Assembly (NCBI GenBank): GCA_031459385.1
Contig: JAVKIP010000006.1
Coordinates: 101,715-165,714 of the forward strand
Direction of reading: 5' to 3'
Length of the DNA stretch: 64,000 nt
From: Candidatus Fervidifonticultor secundus
GTDB taxonomy: Bacteria; Sysuimicrobiota; Sysuimicrobiia; Sysuimicrobiales; Humicultoraceae
Shown here: positions 1 through 14,525 of the stretch, one piece after another
Numbering within the stretch: position 1 is the stretch's first letter
Layout: each line of letters opens with the position of its first letter
Translations under genes and position numbers: made by a program
Notes under the pieces: generated by a model
The model's input: the letters and a program-made list of their open reading frames with translations, nothing else
Told to the model about the DNA's origin: nothing
The model's database searches: none

Positions 1-2
1 TG

Positions 3-245
3 GCGTCGGTGTCGATGCCGCGGGTGATCGTGCTGGAGGCGACGCTGTCGTTCCTGGGCCTGGGCGTCCCGTTGACCACGCCCTCGCTGGGCCTGCTGAT
101 CGACGGCGGCTACAAGTACCTCTTCTCGGGGGCGTGGTGGCCCTCGATCCTCCCCGGCCTGGCGCTGATGCTGCTGGTGGTCGGCATCAACCTGGTCGGC
201 GACTGGCTGCGCGACGCCCTCGACCCCCGCCTGGCCCGCCGCTAG
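3..245 (+). CDS. Peptide/nickel ABC permease (DppC/OppC type), 3' part only
   Basis: EATLSFLGLG...PSLG...WWPSILPG...NLVGDWLRDALDP C-terminal signature; runs off the window start. Confidence 0.9.
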   Translation, partial: ASVSMPRVIVLEATLSFLGLGVPLTTPSLGLLIDGGYKYLFSGAWWPSILPGLALMLLVVGINLVGDWLRDALDPRLARR

Positions 246-296
246 CCCGGCACTACCCGATATAATGGTCCTGTCACTCCCTCGCCGAGGTGGACC

Positions 297-1847
297 ATGG
301 CGCTGCCCGAGTTCCGCAGCGAGCCCCCGACCGACTTCACGCAGGACGCTCATCGCCAGGCCATGCACGACGCGCTGGCGGCGGTCGAGCGCGAGCTGGG
401 CCGCGAGTTCCCGCTGATCATCGGCGAGCAGCGCCTGCGTACCGACGGCACGTTCACATCGTGGAATCCCTCGCGCAAGACCCAGGCGGTGGCGCTGTGT
501 CAGAGGGCCACGGCCAGCGACGTCCAGAAGGCCGTCGAGGTCGCCGAGGACGCGTTTCGGACGTGGTCCCGGGTGCCGGCCGAGGAGCGGGCCGCCATCC
601 TGTTGCGGGCCGCGGAGGTCCTGCGCCGGCGGAAGTTCTGGGCCGCCGCCTGGCAGGTCTTCGAGGTGGGGAAGAACTGGGCCGAGGCCGACGCGGACGT
701 GGCCGAGACGATCGACTTCATGGAGTACTACGCGCGCGAGGCGCTGCGCTACGCCCGCGGGCACGGGATGGTCCCGCACCCGCAGGAGTTCAGTCAGTAC
801 GTCTACCTGCCGCTGGGCGTCGTGGCGGTGATTTCGCCGTGGAACTTCCCGCTGGCGATTCCCGCAGGCATGACCACCGCCGCCATCGCGGCCGGCAACA
901 CCGTGGTCCTCAAGCCCAGCAGCGACTCGCCCGCCAACGCCTACGTGCTCCACGAGGTGCTGGAGGCCGCCGGCCTGCCGCCCGGCGTGCTCAACGTCGT
1001 CACGGGCTCGGGCGGGGAGGTGGGCGACCCGCTGGTGGCGCACCCCAGGGTCCGCATGGTGGCGTTCACCGGCTCCAAGGAGGTCGGCATCCGCCTCTAC
1101 GAGCAGACGGCCCGGGTCGTCCCCGGCCAGAAGTGGCTCAAGCGGGTCATCGCCGAGATGGGCGGGAAGAACGCCGTGATCGTGGACGAGAGCGCCGACC
1201 TCGACGAGGCCGTGGCGGCGGCGGTCGTCTCAGGGTACGGCTTCCAGGGCCAGAAGTGCTCGGCCGGCTCGCGGCTCGTCGTGCTGGAGGGCCGCTACCG
1301 GGTGGTGCTCGAGGCCTTCGCCTCCAGGGTCCGCGAGCTCCGCGTGGGGCCGGCCAGGGACAACTTCCCGGTGGGCCCCGTCATCAACGCGCGCGCGATG
1401 CAGACCATCATGGAGTACATCGGGATCGGCCGGCGCGAAGGCCGGCTCGTCGCCGGCGGCGAGCCCGCCGACGGCGACGGGTACTTCATCCAGCCCACGA
1501 TCATCGCCGACGTCGAGCCCCACGCGCGCATCGCACAGGAAGAGATCTTCGGCCCGGTCGTGGCGGTCATGCGGGCGCGCGACTTCGACCACGCGCTGGA
1601 GATCGCCAATGGCACCGAGTACGGGCTGACCGGCGCGGTCTTCTCGCGCACGCCCGAGCACTTGGCGCGGGCGCGGCGCGAGTTCCACTGCGGCAACCTC
1701 TACCTGAACCGCAAGTGCACCGGCGCGCTGGTGGGCGTGCACCCCTTCGGTGGCTTCAACATGAGCGGCACCGACGCCAAGGTGGGCGGCCCGGACTACC
1801 TGGGTTACTTCCTGCAGCCCAAGGTCGTGTCGATCAAGTACCGGTAG
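297..1847 (+). CDS. pruA: L-glutamate gamma-semialdehyde (P5C) dehydrogenase
   Basis: ALDH motifs ISPWNFP, FTGS, AEMGGKN, FQGQKCSA, EEIFGP, GNLYLNRKCTGA typical of RocA/PruA; TATAAT at 261-266. Confidence 0.92.
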   Translation: MALPEFRSEPPTDFTQDAHRQAMHDALAAVERELGREFPLIIGEQRLRTDGTFTSWNPSRKTQAVALCQRATASDVQKAVEVAEDAFRTWSRVPAEERAAILLRAAEVLRRRKFWAAAWQVFEVGKNWAEADADVAETIDFMEYYAREALRYARGHGMVPHPQEFSQYVYLPLGVVAVISPWNFPLAIPAGMTTAAIAAGNTVVLKPSSDSPANAYVLHEVLEAAGLPPGVLNVVTGSGGEVGDPLVAHPRVRMVAFTGSKEVGIRLYEQTARVVPGQKWLKRVIAEMGGKNAVIVDESADLDEAVAAAVVSGYGFQGQKCSAGSRLVVLEGRYRVVLEAFASRVRELRVGPARDNFPVGPVINARAMQTIMEYIGIGRREGRLVAGGEPADGDGYFIQPTIIADVEPHARIAQEEIFGPVVAVMRARDFDHALEIANGTEYGLTGAVFSRTPEHLARARREFHCGNLYLNRKCTGALVGVHPFGGFNMSGTDAKVGGPDYLGYFLQPKVVSIKYR

Positions 1848-2034
1848 AGCGCGATCAGGTGCCCGTCGCCCGGCGATCTGGCCGGCAGGGGCGTGCAGAG
1901 TCCAGTGTCAGTCACCATTGGGCGGCGTTCCGGGCGGCGCACCCGTCCAGGCCCGGCCCCAGCGCCGGCGCTTCGCTGGCGCGCGGCCGGCGCGGAAGGT
2001 CCGGGGTGTCCCGGTGGTGTATACTCGTGGACAC

Positions 2035-2892
2035 ATGGAGACCCAGGCCGGGCCCGAGGTGTCCCGCGCAGCGCCCGCGTACGACGGCGATGAGGGCGAT
2101 CGCTTTTCGTTCTCCAAGTTCGCCGCGCACCCGTTCTTCAGGGAAGTCAACGAGTGGCTGGTGGCCCGGGCCAGCATTCGCCCCGGCGCCGACGTCGTCG
2201 ACCTGGGCTGCGGGCCCGGGGCCGTGACCGAGATCATCCTGCGTCACCTGGGCACCCCGCCGGCGGGCCGGGTGTTCGCCGTCGACCCCTCGGCCTCGGC
2301 GCTGCGGCTGGCGGCGCAGCGCATCCAGTCGGCGATCGTCAGGTTCATCCAGGGGACGGCCGAGCGGATCAGCAGCCTGGTACCGCAGGTGGACACCGTG
2401 GTCTTCTGCAACGCGATCCACCTGGTACCGGACAAGACTCAGGTCGTGGCGGGCGTGAGCAAGGTCGTCCGCCCCGGCGGCGTGTTCGCCTTCAACACGA
2501 CGTTTTTCAGCGGCGCCTACCCGGCCGACACCTACCGGTTCTACAAGCTGTGGGTCCTGCGCGCGGTGCGCTGGCTGAAAGACCGCGGCCACACCGTCGC
2601 CCGGGGCGTCAAGGCCACGGCGATGCAGTGGCTGTCGCCCGAGGACTACCGCGCGCTGTTGGCCGCCCACGGGTTCGGTCAGACGGAGATCGAGTTCCAG
2701 GAGAAGCGGCTCACCTGCCAAGCCTGGGAGGACATCAGCGAGTTCTCCATGTTCATCGAGGGAGCGCTGCCGGGGGTTCCGCTGGAGGTCGGCGCCGAGG
2801 CCCTGAAGGTGGGTGTGAGGGAGGCGTTCCGCGAGCTCAGCCTGCAGTCCGTCCCGCGCATCTGGCTCCAGGCCATCGCCCGGCGGGTCTAG
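2035..2892 (+). CDS. Class I SAM-dependent methyltransferase
   Basis: VVDLGCGPG motif I, VRPGGVF; start taken at ATG 2035, just after TATACT (2020-2025). Confidence 0.85.
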   Translation: METQAGPEVSRAAPAYDGDEGDRFSFSKFAAHPFFREVNEWLVARASIRPGADVVDLGCGPGAVTEIILRHLGTPPAGRVFAVDPSASALRLAAQRIQSAIVRFIQGTAERISSLVPQVDTVVFCNAIHLVPDKTQVVAGVSKVVRPGGVFAFNTTFFSGAYPADTYRFYKLWVLRAVRWLKDRGHTVARGVKATAMQWLSPEDYRALLAAHGFGQTEIEFQEKRLTCQAWEDISEFSMFIEGALPGVPLEVGAEALKVGVREAFRELSLQSVPRIWLQAIARRV

Positions 2893-2916
2893 CCCCCGAT
2901 CGGTGCCGCACCGTCG

Positions 2917-3675
2917 TTGGACCTGACTGCGCAGGTGGCCTTGGTCACGGGCGGATCGTCCGGCATCGGCCGGGCGGTGGTCCATGCCCTGGCCCGGGCT
3001 GGGGCCGCGGTGGCCTTCACCTACCGCACCAACGCCGCCGGCGCGGAGGCTGTCGTAGCCGACCTGGCGGATGTGGCGCCCGTCCTGGCCATGGCGGGCG
3101 ACGTCGGCGCGGAGGCCGACGTCGCACGGGTCGTGGCCGCCACCGTCGAGCGCTTCGGCCGCCTCACCATCGTGGTCAACAACGCCGGGATCATCCGCGA
3201 TGCCCTGGCTCTGCGCATGACGCCCGCCGACTGGCAGGCGGTGCTCGACGTGAACCTCTCCGGCGCGCTGCGCGTCTGCCGGCACGCAGTGCCGCACCTG
3301 ACCGCGGCCGGCGGCGGCCGCATCATCAACATCGCCTCCATCGCCGGCGTCGCGGGCAGCGCGGGCCAGGCCAACTACTCCGCCGCCAAGGCCGGGCTCA
3401 TCGGCCTGACGGAGGTACTGGCGCTGGAACTCGCGCCGCGCGGCATCACCGTGAACACCGTTGCCCCGGGCGCCATCGACGCCGGCATCGTCGCGACCCT
3501 GCCCGAGGAGCAGCGCCAGCGCCTGATCGAGGTGATCCCCCTGGGGCGCATGGGCACGGCCGCGGAGGTAGCGGCCGCGGTGGCCTTCCTGGCCAGCCCC
3601 CAGGCGAGCTTCATCACCGGGCAAACCCTCATCGTCGACGGGGGCGCGACGATCCGCGCCTGGCGATCTGCCTGA
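2917..3675 (+). CDS. SDR family oxidoreductase, FabG-like
   Basis: TGGSSGIG, NNAG, YSAAK catalytic motif. Confidence 0.88.
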   Translation: MDLTAQVALVTGGSSGIGRAVVHALARAGAAVAFTYRTNAAGAEAVVADLADVAPVLAMAGDVGAEADVARVVAATVERFGRLTIVVNNAGIIRDALALRMTPADWQAVLDVNLSGALRVCRHAVPHLTAAGGGRIINIASIAGVAGSAGQANYSAAKAGLIGLTEVLALELAPRGITVNTVAPGAIDAGIVATLPEEQRQRLIEVIPLGRMGTAAEVAAAVAFLASPQASFITGQTLIVDGGATIRAWRSA

Positions 3676-3840
3676 CCCGCCGGCCCGTGGCGCCATCGCC
3701 GTCTTTGCCGCGGCGGTTGCCCCCGGGCCGCCGCCACACGCAGGAGGTTCATCCCACATGGTGAAACAGACGAAGGCCTCGCCGGGATCACCCGGGGAGA
3801 TCCACGCGGGAGGCTGTCAGATCTCCAACGGAGGGTCGAG

Positions 3841-5400
3841 ATGACACGAGACCTGTCCAGCCGTGCCGGTGTCCTGCTCGCCATTCTGGTCCTGGTACTG
3901 GCGGCACTGCCCGCAGCCGCACAGCAGCCAGCGCCGCGCCGGGGTGGGGCGCTGCGCATCGCGCACATCGGCGAACCACCCACCCTCGACCAGCACTGGA
4001 CCACCGCCGCCATCACGGGGCACATCATGCACCACGTCAACGAGGGGCTCTTCGCCCTCAACAGCAAGTTCGAGCCCAGGCCCATGCTGGTGGAGAAGTG
4101 GACGACGAGCGGCGACCGGCTGACCTACACCTTCACCCTGCGGCGGGGGATCAAGTTCCACAACGGGAAGGACCTCACCGCCGACGACGTCGTGGCGTCG
4201 CTGCAGCGCTGGGGGCGCATCGCCACCCGCGGCCGGGCGCTGTTCGCCAACGTGGTCTCCCTCACCGCGTCCGACCCGCTCACGGTGGTCATGCGGCTGC
4301 GCGAGCCCTACGGCCTGCTGCTGGTGGACCTGGCGCTGCCCGGGCAGTCCGCCGTGATCTTCCCCAAGGAGGTCGTAGACGAGGCCGGGACGGGTCAGGT
4401 GCGGCGCTTCATCAGCACCGGACCGTACCGGTTCATCGAGCACCTGCCCGACCGGCACATCCGGCTCGACCGGTTCGACGGCTACCAGGCCCGCACCGAG
4501 GAGCCGGACGGTACCGCGGGCCGCAAGCACGCCTACGCCGATTCGATCTACGTCATCCCCGTGCCCGACGCCGCGGTGCGCATCGCGGGCGTCAAGCGCG
4601 GCGAGTACCACTTTGCCGAGACGGTGCCGCCGGACGAGTACGACCGGCTGCGCACCGACCGCGACCTGGTGCCCTACGTGACCGAGATCCCCAACTGGCT
4701 CACGGCGGTCTTCAACAACCGCCAGGGCCTGATGGCTAACACCAAGATCCGCCAGGCGTTCCAGGCGGCTCTCGATCACGAGGCGGTCATGCGGGCCGCC
4801 TACGGCAACCGGCGGTTCTGGCGGCTCGACCCCGGGCTGATGCCCAAGGAGCACTACATGTGGACCGACGCGGGCAAGGAGTTTTTCAACCAGAAGAACC
4901 CGGCCCGCGCCCGACAGCTCCTGGCCGAGGCCGGCTACCGGGGCGAGCCCGTGCGGTGGATCACCACCATGGAGTACGTCGCCTACGGCACCGCGGCCCA
5001 GGTGGTCAAGCCGATGCTGGAACAGGCCGGCTTCACCGTCGACCTGCAGGTGGTGGACTGGGCGACGCTGGTGCAGCGGCGGGCCCGGCCCGAGCTGTGG
5101 GACGTCTTCAGCACGGCCTTCTCCTTCGTGCCCGATCCGGTGTTCCTCCTGGCCCTCCAGCCCACCTGGCCGGGCTGGTTCGACAACCGGGACCTGAACG
5201 CGATGATGACCCTGATGCGCCGCCACGCGGATCCCAAGGTGCGCAAAGAGATCTGGGCGCGGGCGCAGAAGCTCTGGTACGAGCAGGCGGGCAGCATCAA
5301 GTTCGGCGACTACTTCCTGCTCCACCTGCACCGACGGGAACTGAAGGGGTATACCAACCTGCCGACGCACGTCTGGTGGAACGCCTGGCTGGAGCGCTAG
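3841..5400 (+). CDS. Peptide/nickel ABC substrate-binding protein (family 5)
   Basis: Signal peptide; YTFTLRRGIKFHNGKDLTADDVVASL and TGPY motifs. Confidence 0.92.
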   Translation: MTRDLSSRAGVLLAILVLVLAALPAAAQQPAPRRGGALRIAHIGEPPTLDQHWTTAAITGHIMHHVNEGLFALNSKFEPRPMLVEKWTTSGDRLTYTFTLRRGIKFHNGKDLTADDVVASLQRWGRIATRGRALFANVVSLTASDPLTVVMRLREPYGLLLVDLALPGQSAVIFPKEVVDEAGTGQVRRFISTGPYRFIEHLPDRHIRLDRFDGYQARTEEPDGTAGRKHAYADSIYVIPVPDAAVRIAGVKRGEYHFAETVPPDEYDRLRTDRDLVPYVTEIPNWLTAVFNNRQGLMANTKIRQAFQAALDHEAVMRAAYGNRRFWRLDPGLMPKEHYMWTDAGKEFFNQKNPARARQLLAEAGYRGEPVRWITTMEYVAYGTAAQVVKPMLEQAGFTVDLQVVDWATLVQRRARPELWDVFSTAFSFVPDPVFLLALQPTWPGWFDNRDLNAMMTLMRRHADPKVRKEIWARAQKLWYEQAGSIKFGDYFLLHLHRRELKGYTNLPTHVWWNAWLER

Positions 5401-5436
5401 CCCGCCCCGGATCGCGCGCCAACGGCAGGCAGACCA

Positions 5437-5468
5437 GCGGGCGAGAGGGACGGCGTCCCCTCGCCCGC
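5437..5468 (+). terminator. GC-rich hairpin between the tandem SBP genes (terminator or mRNA stabiliser)
   Basis: GCGGGCGAG-A-GGGAC-GGC-GTCCC-CTCGCCCGC inverted repeat; no U-tract. Confidence 0.45.
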
Positions 5469-5506
5469 CGGTATGATGGAAGCAGTCCTCCGCGGGAGGT
5501 GCGACG

Positions 5507-7060
5507 ATGCGTGCGAAGCCGACCGTTGCCGTCGCGACCGTCGCGCTGGCGGTCGCTCTGCTGGCTGGCGCGCTGCCAGCCCCCGGCCAGGTCCGTCGCG
5601 GCGGGACCCTCCGGTACGCGCACTACGCGGAGCCGCCCACGCTGGACATTCACTGGACGACCGCCGCTATCGTCGGCGACATCACCCGGTTCATCTACGA
5701 GGGACTCTTCACCCTCAACAGCAAGAGCGAGCCCGTGCCCATGCTGGTGCAGTCCTGGCGGGTGTCCCCGGATCGCCAGCAGTACACGTTCGAGCTGCGC
5801 CGCAACATCCAGTTCCACCACGGGCGCGAACTCACCGCCGATGACGTGGTGGCCTCGCTGCAGCGCTGGGGCCGCATCTCGTCCCGGGGCCGGGAGCTCT
5901 TCCGGCAGGTCACCGCCCTGACCGCGGCCGACCGGTACACGGTGCAGCTGCGGCTGTCGGAGCCCAACGCGCTGGTCCTCGTCAGCTTGGCCTTCCCGGG
6001 ACAGTGGGCGGCGATCTACCCCAAAGAGGTCGTGGACGAGTACGGCACCAGCGTGGTCCGCCGGTTCATTGGCACCGGGCCCTACCGGCTGGCCGAGCAC
6101 GTCCCCGACCGGCACATCCGCCTGGAGCGGTGGGACCGCTACCAGGCGCGGACCGAGCCCCCCGACGGCCTGGCCGGCGCACGGCCCGCCAACTTCGACA
6201 CCGTGCTGATCCTGCCGGTGCCCGATCCGGCCGTGCGCATCGCCGGCGTCCAGCGGGGCGAGTACGACTTCGCCCACGCGGTCCCGCCCGACGAGCACGA
6301 GCGCCTGCGGCAGGACCCGCGCGTCGTTCCCTACGTCGAGCCGTCGGCGTCGTGGTTGATCGGCCAGTTCAACAAGCGCCAGGGCATCATGACCAACAAG
6401 ACGCTGCGGCACGCCGTGCTGGCGGCGCTCGACCTCGAGAAGGTCATGTCGGGCGCCTTTGGCCCGCGGGCGCTGTGGCGGCTCGACCCGAGCCTGATGC
6501 CCAGGGAGACCACCTTCTGGACCGATGCCGGCAAGGAGTACTACAACCAGAGGAACCCGCAGCGCGCCCGCCAGCTTCTGGCGGAGGCGGGCTACCGCGG
6601 TGAGCCGATCCGCTGGCTGACGTCGCCCGAGCGTCCCACGTACTTCGACGCCACCCAGATCGCCCGGGCCCAGCTGGAGGCGGTGGGCCTGAAGGTCGAA
6701 CTGGTCACCACCGACTGGGCCACGCTGCTCACCCGGCGCACGCGGCCCGAACTGTGGGACATCTTCACCACCGGCATGCTGGCGCCGCTCACGGATCCCA
6801 CGCTGATCCTGGCCATCCTCCCCAACTGGCCCGGCTGGTACGAGAGCCGGGAGGTGGCCGGCCTGCTGCGGCTGCTGGCCCGGCACGCCGACCCGAAGGT
6901 GCGCTACGACTTCTGGAGACGCGTGCAGAAGCAGTTCTACGAGGACGCTGCGGCGATCAAGTTCGGCGACTTCTTCGTCCTGCACCTCCACCGCCGCGAG
7001 CTGAAAGGCGTGGTGGGGGCGCCGATCATCGACCTGGGCGCTGCCTACCTCGAGCGCTAG
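5507..7060 (+). CDS. Peptide/nickel ABC substrate-binding protein, paralog of 3841..5400
   Basis: Same family-5 motifs; long shared stretches such as TLDxHWTTAAI and IKFGDxFxLHLHRRELKG. Confidence 0.92.
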   Translation: MRAKPTVAVATVALAVALLAGALPAPGQVRRGGTLRYAHYAEPPTLDIHWTTAAIVGDITRFIYEGLFTLNSKSEPVPMLVQSWRVSPDRQQYTFELRRNIQFHHGRELTADDVVASLQRWGRISSRGRELFRQVTALTAADRYTVQLRLSEPNALVLVSLAFPGQWAAIYPKEVVDEYGTSVVRRFIGTGPYRLAEHVPDRHIRLERWDRYQARTEPPDGLAGARPANFDTVLILPVPDPAVRIAGVQRGEYDFAHAVPPDEHERLRQDPRVVPYVEPSASWLIGQFNKRQGIMTNKTLRHAVLAALDLEKVMSGAFGPRALWRLDPSLMPRETTFWTDAGKEYYNQRNPQRARQLLAEAGYRGEPIRWLTSPERPTYFDATQIARAQLEAVGLKVELVTTDWATLLTRRTRPELWDIFTTGMLAPLTDPTLILAILPNWPGWYESREVAGLLRLLARHADPKVRYDFWRRVQKQFYEDAAAIKFGDFFVLHLHRRELKGVVGAPIIDLGAAYLER

Positions 7061-7068
7061 GAGCCCTC

Positions 7069-8013
7069 GTGCTCGGCTACATCGTCCGCCGGCTGCTGGC
7101 CCTGGTGCCTGTGCTGCTCATCGTGGCCACGGTCGGCTTCTTCCTGATCTACCTGACGCCGGGCGACCCGGCGGCGGTCATGCTCGGCCCGGACGCCACC
7201 CAGGACGATCTGGCCACCCTGCGCCGCATCATGGGCCTCGACCGGCCGCTGCTGGTGCAGCTGGGGCGCTGGTACAGCCGCACGCTGCGGGGCGACCTGG
7301 GCTACTCCATCTTCTTGCAGCGCCCGGTGCTGCAGGCGATCGTCGAGCGCCTGGAGCCCACGCTCCTGCTGACGACGTTCTCGCTGGCCATCGCCACCGC
7401 CATAGGCATCCCGGCGGGCGTAGTCGCCGCGGTGCGGCGCAACTCCTGGCTCGATCAGGTGTCGATGGGCGTGGCGCTCTTCGGTGTCTCGATGCCGAAC
7501 TTCTGGCTGGGCCTGAACCTGATTTTGATCTTCTCGGTCTGGCTGGGCCTGCTGCCCGTGGCCGGCTACGTGCCCGTGGGGCAGTCGCTGGCGGGGGCGC
7601 TGCGGTCGCTGGTGCTGCCGGCCGTCACCCTGGGCTTCTCCGGCTCGGCCCTGATCGCCCGGATGACCCGCTCCAGCATGCTCGAGGTCCTGGGCCAGGA
7701 CTTCATCCGGACCGCGCGGGCCAAGGGCAACGAGGAGCGGCGCGTGGTCTTCCGCCACGCGCTGCGCAACGCCATGATCCCCACGGTCACCGTCATCGGG
7801 TTGGCCATGGGCGGACTGCTGGCCGGCGCCATCGTGACCGAGACCGTGTTCGCGCTGCCCGGCGTGGGACGGCTGGTCATCTCGTCGGTGCTGCGGCGCG
7901 ACTACCCGGTGATCCAGGGCGTGCTGATCTTCATCGCCTCGATCTACGTACTGGTGAACCTGCTGATCGACGTGCTCTACGTCTACCTCGACCCGCGGGT
8001 GAAGTATGCGTGA
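7069..8013 (+). CDS. Peptide ABC permease (DppB type)
   Basis: YIVRRLL, PGDPA, RTARAKG, RDYPVIQG; GTG start after AGGAG. Confidence 0.92.
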   Translation: MLGYIVRRLLALVPVLLIVATVGFFLIYLTPGDPAAVMLGPDATQDDLATLRRIMGLDRPLLVQLGRWYSRTLRGDLGYSIFLQRPVLQAIVERLEPTLLLTTFSLAIATAIGIPAGVVAAVRRNSWLDQVSMGVALFGVSMPNFWLGLNLILIFSVWLGLLPVAGYVPVGQSLAGALRSLVLPAVTLGFSGSALIARMTRSSMLEVLGQDFIRTARAKGNEERRVVFRHALRNAMIPTVTVIGLAMGGLLAGAIVTETVFALPGVGRLVISSVLRRDYPVIQGVLIFIASIYVLVNLLIDVLYVYLDPRVKYA

Positions 8014-8929
8014 GGGCATCACCCCGTCCGAGCCCGCCGTAGCCAGCGGCGCGGTCCGGCAGGCGGCGGCGCTGCCCCAACCGGCGTCGCTGGGGACCCT
8101 CGTGGCCCGCGGCCTGCGCCGGAGCCGCTCCACGCTCGTCGGCGGGGGCATCGTGCTGGCCATGGTGCTGGTGGCCCTGCTGGCGCCCGTGCTGTCGCCC
8201 TACGACCCGCTGGAGATCAACGTGCCCCAGCGGCTGCTGGGGCCGAGTGCGGCGCACCTCATGGGCACCGACAACGTGGGGCGGGACATCCTGAGCCGGG
8301 TAATCTACGGCGCGCGCATCTCGCTGCTGGTCGGCAGCCTGGTCGTGGCCTGTGCCGCGGGCGCGGGCATCGCCCTCGGCCTGACCGCCGGGTACTCCGA
8401 CCGGGTCGACCGGGTCCTGATGCGTATCCTGGACGGCCTCATGGCCTTTCCCACCACCCTGCTGGCCATCGCGCTCATGGCCGCCCTGGGCGCCCGCCTG
8501 TCCAACGTCATCATCGCCCTGGCCGTGGTGTTCACTCCCAGGGTCGCGCGCGTCGTGCGCAGCGTGACCCTGGTGGTGCGCGAGCTGGACTACGTGCAGG
8601 CCGCGCAGGCTCTGGGCGCCACCGACGCCCGCATCCTGGCTCGGCACATCCTGCCCAACTGCCTGGCGCCGGTGATCGTGCAGAGCACGTTCATCTTCGC
8701 CGAGTCGGTGCTGGCCGAGGCGGCGCTCTCGTTCCTGGGGGTGGGCCTGCCCCCCTACATCCCCTCGTGGGGCACCATCATCACCACCGGGCGCATGTTC
8801 ATGCAGACCGCGGCGTGGATCACGATCTTCCCTGGCGTGGCGATTCTGGTGACAGTGCTCGGCCTGAACCTGCTCGGCGACGGGCTGCGCGACCTGGCCG
8901 ATCCACGGCTGCGAGGACGGCTGGGGTAG
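8006..8929 (+). CDS. Peptide ABC permease (DppC type)
   Basis: HLMGTDNVGRDILSRVIYGARISL, EAALSFLG. Confidence 0.92.
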   Translation: MREGITPSEPAVASGAVRQAAALPQPASLGTLVARGLRRSRSTLVGGGIVLAMVLVALLAPVLSPYDPLEINVPQRLLGPSAAHLMGTDNVGRDILSRVIYGARISLLVGSLVVACAAGAGIALGLTAGYSDRVDRVLMRILDGLMAFPTTLLAIALMAALGARLSNVIIALAVVFTPRVARVVRSVTLVVRELDYVQAAQALGATDARILARHILPNCLAPVIVQSTFIFAESVLAEAALSFLGVGLPPYIPSWGTIITTGRMFMQTAAWITIFPGVAILVTVLGLNLLGDGLRDLADPRLRGRLG

Positions 8930-8975
8930 CAGGCCCGGCCGGGAGCCCGGGAGTCGGCGGTCCCCCGCGTGCCCC

Positions 8976-10190
8976 GTGACGCGATCGCTCTGGCTGGACG
9001 AATCCTACGCGGCGCGCCCCGCCCTGCGCGGCGAGACCCGCGCCAGCGTAGCCATCATCGGCGCCGGCCTGACCGGTGTCTCCACCGCGTACTGGCTGGC
9101 CGAGCGGCGCGTGACCGCAGTGGTGCTGGACGCCGAGGCCATCGCCGCCGGGGCCACCGGCCGCAACGGCGGCTTTCTGCTGGAGGGGACTTCACCCGAC
9201 TTCACCGACCTCGCGACGCGCTACGGGCGGCAGGCCGCCCGCGACCTGTGGGCGTTCACCGCCGAGAACCGGCGGCGGCTCCTGGATGTCTGCGCGCGCG
9301 AGGGCCTGGCCTGCGAGGTCGAGCCCGGCGGCAGCATCGCGCTGGCTGCCTCAGAGCAGGCCGCGGCCATCCTCGAGGGCAACGCACAGGCGCTCGCCGA
9401 GGACGGCTATCCGTGCCAGTGGCTGGACCGCCAGGCGGTGGGCGCGCTACTCCAGGGCGCGCCGCTGGCCCGCACCGTTGTGGCGGGACTGCTGAACCCG
9501 CGCGACGTCGGCATCAATCCGGCGAGGCTGACCCGCGGGCTGGCCGAGGTGGCCGCGCGCCGCGGCGCGCGCATCTACGAGCGCACACCCGCGCGCGCGC
9601 TGGCCGGTGGCGGGGCCTCGTGGACGGTCACCACCCCCGAGGGCACGGTGCGGGCCGAGGCCGTCGTGCTGGCGCTCAATGCCTACGCAGCCCTCGTGGA
9701 TCCTGCGTGGCAGGACGTCATCCGGCCCATTCGGGGACAGGTCCTGGCCACCGCCCCGGTGTCGCAGCGCCTCTTCCGCCACCTGTGGTACGCGCACGGG
9801 GGCGTAGACTACTGGCGGCAGCTGGCGAACGGCCGCGTGCTGCTGGGCGGCCTGCGGCGTCTTGCGGCCTCCGAGGAGGTGGGCACCGACGATCGGCTGC
9901 ACCCGCGCATCCAGCGGGCGCTCGACGGGTACCTGCGCGACCTCGGCGTCCCGCCGGTGGCGGTCACGCACCGCTGGAGCGGCATCCTGGGCCTGAGCCC
10001 CGACCGGCTGCCCCTCATCGGCCCCGTCCCCGGCCGGCCGCGCCTGTTCATGGCCGGCGGCTACTCGGGGCAGGGCCTGGCCTTCGCGTTCCTCGCAGGG
10101 CGGATGCTGGCGGAGCTACTCACGACCGGCACGACGACGTATCCGCGGCTGCTGTATCCGGAGCGCGTGTGGCGCGGTGCAGCCCCATGA
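8976..10190 (+). CDS. FAD-dependent oxidoreductase (DAO/PuuB family)
   Basis: IIGAGLTG, GATGRNGG, DRLPLIG, GYSGQG. Confidence 0.85.
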   Translation: MTRSLWLDESYAARPALRGETRASVAIIGAGLTGVSTAYWLAERRVTAVVLDAEAIAAGATGRNGGFLLEGTSPDFTDLATRYGRQAARDLWAFTAENRRRLLDVCAREGLACEVEPGGSIALAASEQAAAILEGNAQALAEDGYPCQWLDRQAVGALLQGAPLARTVVAGLLNPRDVGINPARLTRGLAEVAARRGARIYERTPARALAGGGASWTVTTPEGTVRAEAVVLALNAYAALVDPAWQDVIRPIRGQVLATAPVSQRLFRHLWYAHGGVDYWRQLANGRVLLGGLRRLAASEEVGTDDRLHPRIQRALDGYLRDLGVPPVAVTHRWSGILGLSPDRLPLIGPVPGRPRLFMAGGYSGQGLAFAFLAGRMLAELLTTGTTTYPRLLYPERVWRGAAP

Positions 10191-10210
10191 TGCACGGGGG
10201 TACGCCGCGC

Positions 10211-14480
<4,270 letters not shown>

Positions 14481-14484
14481 GGTG

Positions 14485-14519
14485 TGCATAAAAATACCAC
14501 AAAGAGAATAGATATGCAA
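14485..14519 (-). promoter_or_regulatory. Tandem ARG boxes overlapping a sigma70-type promoter of carAB
   Basis: TGCATAAAAATACC (14485-14498) and AGAATAGATATGCA (14505-14518), 20 bp apart; minus strand TTGCAT-17bp-TATTTT with extended TG. Confidence 0.8.
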
Positions 14520-14525
14520 CTCGGC

